Assembly: GCA_047967505.1 (NCBI GenBank)
Contig: CM106538.1
DNA length: 64,000 nt
DNA from: Dipteris shenzhenensis
Lineage: Eukaryota
Direction: 5' to 3' (one strand)
Part shown: piece by piece, positions 53,751 through 64,000 of the stretch
Layout of the letters: each line of letters begins with the position of its first letter
Numbering within the stretch: the stretch's first letter is position 1
Program-made: the position numbers and the translations under genes
Notes under the pieces: model-generated
Database searches by the model: none
Seen by the model: only the letters and a program-made list of their open reading frames with translations
What the model was told of the DNA's origin: nothing

Positions 53751-56700
53751 TAATCTCCTTAGGGACCCTTGTGTACTTTGGATTTTTCAATGCATTGATG
53801 GCCCATGTAAACATATGATCATATTGAAGTCCTTTTGAAAGTATATGATGGCCCACATGCTATGTTGAGGACCCCTAGAGTTATTCACCTTGAGGGGGAG
53901 AGATCTTGGATTTATTCACCTTGAGGTGGAAGAGATCTTGGACCACCATACCTAATGTACTTAGGATGTGTTTATAATTTGTCTCTATTTGGAGGCTTGT
54001 GTACATGACTATCTACATGGTATATGTTTCTATCTGAGAGCAACTAAAGGCCTTGATGACTAATTGATGAATGGTTTATTGGGGACCTTGAATTTGACAC
54101 TAATGGATTGGCAGTTGCCCTTTATGATGGAAAAAGATCTCCACTTGAGAGATATTTCAAGACACGACATCCTCTGACTTTACACATGCCCTTGCAATCT
54201 TGGGATGTGCTATACATAGAATCCTTGCAATCTTGGGATGTGCTATACATGGAATCACTAGGTTCACCTAGATTGTGGGGAATATTATGAAAAGGAGTGT
54301 ATCTTGGTATTGGACCAATATGGCCACACAGCATTGGATATTTATGAGGTATGAAATAGAGGATTATTGGATTTAAATGTGGAACATTTGTCGAAAAAAA
54401 TGTTCCTTGAGTCCTTTGACCTTGGTGTATCCTATTAGGTAGATATGGATATAAAACTTCAATAAGGGAATTGGACCACCATATGCATATTGGCATGGAT
54501 AATACGATTCCACATCTCCTAACACGTTCCCAACTACATACATTGAATTTCGAAAGCAAGGAGGAAGGAACCAATTGGTGGGGAGTTTAAAGACTATGGA
54601 GTAGAGAGAAGGTAATGTAAGAGAAGATTCTTGCACTTCCCTTACCAACAAGATAATCAGGTCGCAAATCCCTGGCTCCTATTTCTTACGTTACCATTCA
54701 ACTCGCTATGCTTCCCATTGTTACTCGCTGTGCTTCCTGGGTGTGTGGTCTTGTTGGGGAAAGCTACTACATAGACATATAGCGTGATGTAAGGTTCATG
54801 AAGTATAGTTATGGTACTTGATACCTAGATGCAATACTTGCACAAAAAGTTTTTTTGGTTATGGCAAAGTGGTCTATGTATACATGATTTGCAGTCACTG
54901 GTTGCCACTCTTTTTTGTCACTCTAGATGGTTTGTGTGGATTGTGAGGTGGTCACACTTTTGTGAATGAGAGCTGCGAAGTTATAGACATAGCATGTTAG
55001 CTATGATGGATGAGATATGTGATAAAAGAGACTCCAAAACTTTCGTTTCCTTGGTCTTGCCAATACGGAGCTTGGTCGCTGCTACCAGAACTATAACCTT
55101 GTAGCAGTAACGTCTCATTTGTTTTGCCAAAGAAAGCATTACAGGCATTATGGGCCTGACTTCCCGTCCTCTATAGAGGTTTTGAGGCCTTGAAGAGAGT
55201 CACCTATGACGATTTCAGTTGGGTATCGATGTGTAATGGGATCTTAGATCTGTCTTATAAGATGCTCAATCTAACAGGACTGTTAGTATTTGTCTGCGAA
55301 GGGGTGTGTGTCACATTGCAGAACTACCACTACAAGCGAACATCTGTTACAAGAGGTTATTCATGTTGTTGGGCTTCAAAAATTGTGCATAGCGGGTGCA
55401 AGCTTCAAGTGTGAGAATATGATTAACCTCCGAGTGAACCCACTGGCCACTACTTAGTGATATATAGTAGCTTACCTCTTTTTGGGGATGGCTATGATAT
55501 TGCGAGTGCTTATAGCCAATTGGTCATCCTTGAGCATGTCCTAGCTCTTTAGGCTAGTCTGATAAAATATCACAGACCTCAACACACACTCTTCTCACCA
55601 ATTTCTTGCTACTCTCTACCTGCTTGTATGACCATAGCAACTCCTCCTTTCATTGGGGATCCGCTTCATCCTTCTCGCTCTATACATTGTCGAGCCTCTG
55701 CCATGTCCTTCCAAAGGAAACATACATCATGAGCTTGACAAGTATCTTAAAGGAATAGGAAAAACGATAGACATGGAACTGAATATTCATCCTATATATT
55801 GCCTCCATATCAAACATCTAGTTACGAAGCATGTCCTTATAGCTATTTTCCTCCCTCATCTCTGGATCTATTTTTGCAAGGAGGTCATCCAACATTGTTC
55901 TTAGATAGAACATGAGCATTCCAATGTCTTTTGGGTATGCCATAGATTTGCAGTAGGTGGATTGATGTACATAGTTTTGGGGCTAGATTTTATAATGGGC
56001 TCTTAGTAGTGTCTGCACTGCACTTAAATAGGGAGAGAGTTCATGGAGCCCGGCCTTCTCATTCTTCTTTCATACAACTTGACATGTCCACCTCTCATCA
56101 TTCGACTATTTAATCAAAATCTTTTGTCTCACATTAGTTGTTTAATCAAAATATTTCATCTAACATTATGGACCTTTTCTTGTCAAAGGACACTATCTAG
56201 TCACATAGCTGAGAAAACGTCACTTCAGTCACTTTGGAAATATTATAATATTGCATATATATACATATACATATAATAATATATGTATATGTATATATAT
56301 GCAATATATATATCTTAACGACTACACTTACATCAAGAAATATGAAATCCCATAACTAATCCACAATTTCTAGATGAATGAATAGTATGTCGTTCATCTT
56401 GTCTTGTAATAATAATAATAATAGAAGCAAACCACCGTGCTTATGGCAGTTATATTCCTAGTGTGCAACCAACCACCATACTAGTGACAAACCATCTCAC
56501 TGGTGGCAGTTAAGTTAATATCCTCATAATAATAGAAGCAAACCACCGCACTAATGGCAATTAATATCCTAATGCAATTATACTAAAAGAATTGCATTCA
56601 TGCAAAGTGTTATCCTAAAAAAGATACATTGCTTGAGTAAACTCTGGAGAAAATTAATAATTCAATAGATTACACACAGATTACATAGATTACATCTCAA

Positions 56701-56924
56701 AGACTCCTCTCCTTCATGGGGTTGGTTCCACATTGCTTTGAGAAGGTCGCATTTTTTATCTCCTTGATTGTAGGCTTAGCCCTCCTTGCTCCTTTTCTGA
56801 ACCTTGGGCAAGTCGTTTAATGGCAATTGCATCTCTTGCTTGTGAAACTATCTCCCATGCTTCAGGCTAGTGAGCAATCGAGCAAAAACTTTTAATTTCC
56901 TTTTCTTGCTTTGTGCCTGTCTTT

Positions 56925-56990
56925 TGGGGACTTTGATTTGCAAAATGTCCTCTTTTGCCACAAACAAAACATTTATCTCCACCTACCCAA
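56925..56990 (-). pseudogene. Zinc-knuckle remnant of a decayed gag-like ORF
   Basis: WVGGDKCFVCGKRGHFANQSP (CCHC with last Cys replaced) within a Lys-rich, stop-ridden stretch at about 56700-57440. Confidence 0.5.
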
Positions 56991-57529
56991 TTGAAATATT
57001 TGCGGCATCTTGCATACCTTTTTGGGCGTCAAAAGTTGGAGGATCTCCATTTGAATTTTCTAGAACCTTGGGCGAGTCATTTAATGGCAATTGCATCTCT
57101 TGCTTTTGTATCTTCTTTCTGATTTTGGCTATCTTTTGCAGAACTGATCCTGGCCTACTATATCACAAACATTTGTAAAGGGGTCTAGTTCCTTCCTTCT
57201 AAGGCCCGGCCACTCCCTTCATGTCACTTCCTCTTTCCTTGCTTTAAGCTTCCTGGTTGCAGGCTCGGCCCTTCCTACTCCTTTCTTGATGGGGGTTGGT
57301 TCCTCCCTTCAAGCTCCTTTTCCTTGTTGCAGCCAGTGGTCTTCTTCAATTTGAGCTCTTTGTCTTTTGCAATTTTTGCCCAAATGGAAAATTGAGCTAT
57401 AGCATCTACTTTCTCATTGTAGATAGCTATAGTAGGCATGCACATCTGATCTATCCACCATGACCTAGGCTCGACCTAGGCAATGGCAAAAGACATTCTC
57501 TACATACCAAGCTTGCATGCACAAACACA

Positions 57530-58075
57530 CCAAAGAGAGAAAAGAGAGTGAAAAAAGAGAGAAAAGAGGGGGGATAAAGAGGATGTGAAAATAAGAGAAA
57601 GGGAAAAGTAGAGGAGAAAGGGAAAAGAGAGGATGGAAGAGGAAAGGAGAGGGGAGAAAGAGGGAAAAGAGAGAAAGAGGGAGGGAAAAGAGAGGAGAAA
57701 AAGATGGAAAAGAGAGGGGAAAAGAGGGAGGGAAAAGAGAGAAAAGAGAGGAAATAAGAGAAGAGAGGAAAAGAAAGGGAAAGAGAGGAAAAGAAAGGGG
57801 AGAAAGAGAGGAAAAGAGAGGAAATAAGAGAAGCGAGGAGAAGAGAGGAAAAGAGAGGGGAAAAGAGGAAAGGAAAAGGAGGAAATAAGAGAAGAGAGGA
57901 GAAGAGAGGGGAGAAGAGAGAAAGTAAGAGAAGATAGAAAAAGAGAGGAAAAGAGAAGGGAAAAAAGAGGAGAAAAGAGAGGAAAGAGAGGAAATAAGAC
58001 AGGATGAGAGGAAACAAGACAGAAACGAGAGGAAATAAGAGAGAGGGAGAGAGGGGAGAAAGAGGATGTGAAAAG
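57530..58075. repeat. Polypurine GA-rich simple repeat (GAGGAAAAGA-like units)
   Basis: About 550 bp almost devoid of pyrimidines on the plus strand. Confidence 0.9.
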
Positions 58076-60102
58076 GCAAAGTAATTAAAGAAGGTGAGGT
58101 TTTCAGGTTGCTCAAAATCCCAATGGGCTTCAGATGCACAAAACAAAATTAGGTGGGAATGGGTCATTTAAAAAATCAAAGAGAGGATCTCAAAATGGCA
58201 GGGTCTTTGGCCCACACTTGCTAAGAGAAAGTTTGTACTAAATCACTATACCTAGCCTTCAGTAATATACTTTATTTCTTGCTAGTTCCCCTCAAAGAAA
58301 ACACTCAATCAGATTAACTCTTTAGAACTTTCCTATGGGGAGGTGACATGGGGCAAAGAAAGATGGCTAAGGTTCAATGGAGATTTTGCACAATGTCCAA
58401 AGAGAAAGGAGGGTTGGGCATAGTAAACATGGAAATGTTAGTGGCAGCAAGATTCATGACACAGTGGATCATAAAGACCTTTGAGGCACCCCAGACTAAC
58501 TGGGCCTTTCTGGTGAGGAAAAACATCAAAAAAATCAAACCTGCTAGATGCAAGCATTGGAAAGTTCTCCCTAAAGGCACAGTAGTCTTCACTAGGTAAC
58601 ACTTTGTGGCTAAAGGATTTGAATTATGGAAGGCGATGTGGAAAGCTTGAGAGCTTCTCAAGCCACATCTCCTTTGGAAGCGTTTCTCAAGAAAAACAGG
58701 AACCTTCGATAGTCGGGACTCTATTTGGTTCTCGGTAATCCTGGGATTCATCCCCACAGACGAACGTTTCGGGGCCCTCCATCTCAACAAAAAAGGAATT
58801 AGATGTTTGCAGGGGCTTTGGGACAGGAGCAAAAAGAATGTTGAAGAGTGATGAGGAGGTAGCGACAGAATCCATACTAAACTGGTTCGATGCCATCCTA
58901 ATCAAGGAGTGACATAATTTGTGGGATGTGGAATCTCTAGCATGGATGGGAGGAAGGGCCAAGCCTTTGATCAGAGAATTTAGATAGGCAAGGCAAAACC
59001 AGCTCTACCCATCATTTAGGAGCACTAACAGGAACACTAGTTGCACATCTCAACCAAAAATGGATAGACGGGATGGTGGCAAAGTGGGAAAGGAGGTTTG
59101 AAAAGATGTGGGATAAGGCAATCCCAAAAAGAGAATCATGCTTGCTATGGCTCATTGTGCACAAGGAAATCTGGACAATGAGGAAAACCTGAAGAATTGG
59201 ATGTGGGAATGGGAAGTGTGCATGATGCAAAAGGGAGACAAAGGATATTCCTCAACTTTTCATGAACTATGGGCACTCAACCAACGTCTAGAACCTTATG
59301 AGAAGCCAAATAATGGGTGTCCCTATGCATTATGCATATCTGCTCTCTTGGGAGACACCCCATCCAAAGCAGCACTGGGACACTGGCAAGTAGTACGAGT
59401 GCAAGTGCTTTGGCTGTTATGGATTCAGAGATGTTCTATTATTTTTTGAAATGATATCATTGATTCTTCTCTCATCTTACTAACGTGGTGGTTGAGCGTA
59501 GGAACAAAGAAAAATTGGGAGGCACTTGATAGGATGATGAACGAGTTTAAGGCGGGTCTTGAAAAGGAGCAAGCACTCACTAACCAACACGATCAGCTCA
59601 TGCAAAAAGCATGAGACCTCATGGCAACCTATGTACATAAGCTTTAGGAGACGTCTCCCCTCCCCATGGAACCAACCGTGGCCCCTCTATCAATTGTAAC
59701 AAATGCACCAACCCCCTCTCCTATCTCACCAGAAGGAAGCATCTCATACATGCAGTGCAAGCAACCTATGGCCCAAATCGCTCCAAGAAGTGTTACCTTC
59801 AGAGTTCAGAATGAGAATAACTTGTGGAGCCAACAGTTGCTCAACGCTTTAGCTCAAGAAATGCCTCAGAGACAGGGTGAACCCCAATGCAATGCAGGGC
59901 TAAGAAACACATAGCAGACAAACCGATCTTCTAATACTATTGTTATATCTATTACCTTTCGTCCTGGCATGTCTGTCCTAAAGGAAGAATACTAGATTCT
60001 CTAAGCAGTAATGGTCTTGCAGTTTTTGAAAGGAGCAGTTGTATTTACTATAACAGTTCACTTTGACTTTTTAATATAAAAGACTCCTCTTTGAAAAAAA
60101 AA
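58075..60102 (+). mobile_element. 5'-truncated, decayed L1-type LINE (ORF2 C-terminal part, 3' UTR, poly-A)
   Basis: GEVFRLLKIPMG...WEWVI*KIKERISKW, FLWGG...KVQWRFCTMSKEKGGLGI, zf-RVT-like CLLWLIVHKEIWT...CA*C, and AATATAAAA followed by an A-tail at 60093-60102. Confidence 0.85.
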
Positions 60103-60961
60103 GTTGTCACCACTTTCCATCAATAGATCATTCCTCAGCACAAGGATACCTATACATCAATGCGTTCTTGCCCTAGTGTAGTGGACATCATTAGGTTCAG
60201 CCATAGTGCAACCTACGGAGACTCACATTCCATACTTGATGCTGATTAGTGGTTGAATCGAGGACTACAGATCAATCCTACATCAGCATTCAACACCGCA
60301 TATGCCTCATGGAAATCTTATGCATTTACAATCTTATTTAAGGCTTATAGGCCTTTATACTATCACATCCTTCTTGACAAGCCTCTGACAGATGCTGCAT
60401 TCCATGCCAATGGATGTTTAGCTATGCACACATCAGAAAATCCTCAGCTCATGAAAGTTGAGCATACAGGTTTGATTGGTTGCCATACCTTGAGGCTTTT
60501 TGTGGGCCTCTTCATTAGCACATCAGTGTATCACACCTGCACCTTCGGCCTTAGCTTTTATGTAGCCCTTTGATCACTCTATCCTCACCGATTATGCAAT
60601 CTTTTATGATCTTGCATCATTCAACAGAGATTATGCTACTACAACATACATCCGACATTGCTATTAGCTCTTTTGGGTCGATGACACCTTCGTGTGTCAC
60701 AACCTATTGGGTTTCTTCTCCATCTCTACATCAACTAGCCTAACATCCAGATGCCTCCTCTACAAAGCAATTGCACAGTCCATGGTGACTTATGACATGT
60801 TAGCCTTGACATGTTCAGCACGCAACCATACACATAGTTCTTCATGCCATCATCTTTTGATTGACCACCAGTCTTTGATCCAAGTGGACTTTACTATTTG
60901 CATACTTCCTTCCTCTTCCCTTTCACTTATTTTTAGGGCTTTGTTCCCAAAGGAGAAGGAT

Positions 60962-63900
60962 TGTTGAGATATCGAGCTCCACTCGCGATATGCCAGGGTG
61001 ACTGTTGTGCATTTATGTCACCGACTTGTTAGCTGGAGATGCGGTTGGTACACCGCCCACAAATAATAGCTGGATGACAGCTATCCTTATCTACACTAGT
61101 TCGTGGCTCAGTTAGTATGCCACCTTAGTTAGTTGAGTTTGGTTTGAGACCCACATATAGGGTTCTATTTTTTTGTACTTGAGTTCTTTTGGCTTTCACA
61201 ACTAAGAAGAGGAAAACTGTTTTCAGCCTCCACCTTTGTGTGTATTCCCCCATTTGTGCATGTGAGAAAGCCGTAAGTGAGACTCCTTCCCTCTCTCCCA
61301 CTATCTTCACATGGTATCAGAGCCTTGTTCGTGGTAAGGAGCTCAAGGAAGCAAGCCAAGTTCGTGGTGTCCTGGTAAGAGGACCAGTGTTGCTTTCCTA
61401 TTTCGAGTTTGGGAGCAAATCTCTGCAGGTAGCACAGCCAGAAGTGCAAGAGTGCACTGTCTCAGATTGAGACGCCCTTCGCGGTGTGGTGAGAGCGCAA
61501 TATTTCTGATTCGAGGTCATTTCGGGGCCCGTTTTGGAGACAGAAGTTCTCCGCAGGCACTCAGAAAAAGGCCCTGTTTTTGCTATGCGACCACTGTTCT
61601 GCGGGTCGGTGAAAAGTTGCCACACAAATTGCATCGTATGCCTGTGTGCATAGATATTGGGAGTTGCAGATTCATGCTTGTTGCCTGTTGATGCAAAATC
61701 GTCACTAGGAAGTGACTGTGTGGTGAAATACCACTTTCGTCAGTTTTGCAGATCTGCCCGTGTGAGGCAAAAAGCTGTGTTTTTGCAGTGACAGAATATT
61801 TTGCAGTGTTCTGTAATGGCATCTGATTCTCTTTCACAGATTGTCACTGAAAAGCTTGACAAGAACAACTTCCAGGCATGGAAGTTTAGAATGACGAATT
61901 TCTTGATGGGAAAAGGCTATTGGGAATTCATTACAGGAAATGAAGAAGAACCTGTTCTTCCTAATGTTCCCAGTCAACAGGAAATGCAGGCATTTAAAGG
62001 ATGGCATGAGAGAGCCAGGAAAGTTATGTACTGGCTGTCTATCAGTATTTCGGACTCCATGATTGTGCATATTCAGGATGCAAATACACCAAAGGAGGCA
62101 TGGGATAATTTGGCAAAAATGTACAGCACAAATATGCAAGCCAGGAAAATGCAACTCAAACAGGAGTTGCACAATGTGCAGAGAGAAAATTTGAGCATAA
62201 ATGACTACCACATGAAAGTGAATAAAATTGCAGATGCACTTGCTTCCATTGGGTCACCAGTGGATGATGACGATTTGGTCTCTGTGACCTTGAATGGTCT
62301 AGGAAAGGATTATGCACAGTTCCGGACATCCATTGCCGTTCGTGAAAAATTTCCTGATTTTGAGGAGTTGATTGCTCTTCTAATTTCCGAAGAGCAAAGA
62401 AATGGGGGTGCATCTTCTTCAGCAGGAACTTCAAAAGAAACTGTCTTCTACTCAAATGCTGGCAGAGGTAGAGGCAGAGGTAGAGGAGGCCGATAGGCCG
62501 TTAGAAATCAGAATATGCAGCAAACGCAAGAAAACCAGTCCTATGCAGGAGGACGTGGTAACTCTAGAGGCAGGGGGAGTCAAAGAGGCCGTGGTGGATG
62601 GCAGAGAGGCCAAAATGCAAACAGCAATATTGAATGCTACTATTGTGGCAAAATGGGTCATATGGCTAAGGACTGCTATAAAAAGCAGAATGACATTATG
62701 AATGGAAAATTGCAACAAGGCAATTATGCATCCTCTAGTAGACAGGGTGATGACAGAAATGAGCATTTGTTTATGGTGCAGCATATGACAAATTCTGTAA
62801 CAAGTGCAAAAGAAAGCAATGATGTGTGGTATGTTGACTCGGGTGTGTCAAACCACATGACAGGTCATGCTGAATGGATGCAGGATGCAAGAAAAATGGA
62901 AAAACCAGGATTTGTGGAGACTGGTGATGATATTGCACATCCTATTGTGCAGATTGGCAAAATTCCTTTGTCTATGCAGGATGGGAAAAAGAAATACTTG
63001 TCTGATGTATTTCATGTCCCGAACATCACCAAGAACCTGGTTTCTGTTGGTCAAATGGTTGAGCAGGGCTTGCAGGTTAGATTTAATCCTTATGGATGCT
63101 TTGTTGAGGATATGAAAAATAATGGTCGCTTGATAGCAAAAGGAAAGAAGAAGGGCAGGATGTTTACGTGATGATTGATGTAAATGCACAAAATGGTAAT
63201 GCTACACAGAATGCACAACAGCAATCACAAAATATCAGTGGACCTGGAGTGTCCTCTACCAGGTTCACATACTTCGCCATGGACAGGCAGATTGAGATCA
63301 GGAGAATCCCCTCAAAGCAATGCAGAGAGTGGTATGCAAGTATCACGAAAAGGAAAAGAGAAGGTAGATCAACTCATGTATGATGTGAATGCAGGTCACT
63401 CTTGTGTGGATGGTGAATCCAGTGGCTCTGAACAGAGCATTGATGATGAGTTGGGTATTCCTTCTGTTGTTACACCTGGAGTAAGGAAGACCAGGGATGT
63501 TTTGAGAGCACCTGGAAGTGAGCCTATTTTGCGCAGGTCTACCAGGGTTAGGTATCCTGTGGATAGGCTAAAATATGATGGATTTATAGCCATTCACTAT
63601 GCCTATATGGTCAAAGTGATACAGGAACCAGAACCCACTTCTTTTGAGCAAGCCATGGGAAATGAAAAATGGGAGAAAGCCATGGATGAAGAAATGGATG
63701 CCTTGGATGCTAATGCTACATGGGAATTGGTGCCTTTGCCTAAAGGCAAGAATGCAATTGGTTGTAAGTGGGTTTATAAGATCAAGCACAATGCAGATGG
63801 TTCTGTGAATGAATACAAGGCAAGATTAGTTGTCAAGGGGTATGCATAGACATATGGCATTGATTATGAAGAAACTTTTAGCCCGGTTGTAAGGATGGCA

Positions 63901-64000
63901 ACCGTAAGAGCAGCCATTGCTATGGCTGCATCAAAGGGATGGTCTTTACATCAGATGGATGTAAAGAATGCCTTCTTGCATGGTGATTTGCAAGAAGAGG
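60962..64000 (+). mobile_element. Ty1/Copia family A copy 2 (integrase deleted; runs off the window)
   Basis: LTR 60962-61311 nearly identical to the A1 LTRs; PBS at 61312; gag 61816-62496; protease; junction at 63169/63170 skips A1 positions 5151-6108; RT continues to the window end. Confidence 0.96.

Noticed and set aside
53860-55400. Possible decayed Gypsy 3' end, PPT and LTR start near 54600-54620, with short tandem duplications
   Set aside because: No convincing protein motif, partner LTR or TSD found
57451-58167. Long F/L/S/P-rich ORFs that look like membrane proteins (also 23232-23588, 30872-31497)
   Set aside because: Artefacts of GA/CT low-complexity DNA lacking stop codons
60103-60960. 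Possible decayed retroelement coding sequence on the minus strand
   Set aside because: No diagnostic motif recognisable in any frame
63160-63180. Integrase loss in A2 as a spliced subgenomic RNA copy
   Set aside because: The deleted segment does not end in AG under any placement of the junction

Overview
Land-plant nuclear DNA (probably a fern or other non-seed plant; inference), almost entirely a stack of decayed transposable elements. I delimited six complete LTR retrotransposons by LTR pair, PBS, PPT and TSD. They are Copia A1 (2905-8466,+), Copia B1 (14970-22475,-), Copia B2 (23902-30748,-), and a three-level nest: non-autonomous element C (31614-46988,-) contains Copia D (32581-45671,+), which contains chromovirus-type Gypsy E (33709-40983,-). 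A second family-A copy starts at 60962 and runs off the window. Also present are a 5'-truncated L1 LINE, a Helentron-type Rep fragment, two diverged copies of an unidentified ORF, a (CA)n-bounded hairpin repeat family, and a probable host gene start running off the left edge. The most striking signal is in family B. Between the PBS and a decayed TGACGTGGC motif array, each copy has a variable slot holding a different host gene fragment, antisense to the element: LHCB in B1 and an internally condensed NPF/PTR transporter in B2. All identifications are by eye and motif recognition; no searches were run.
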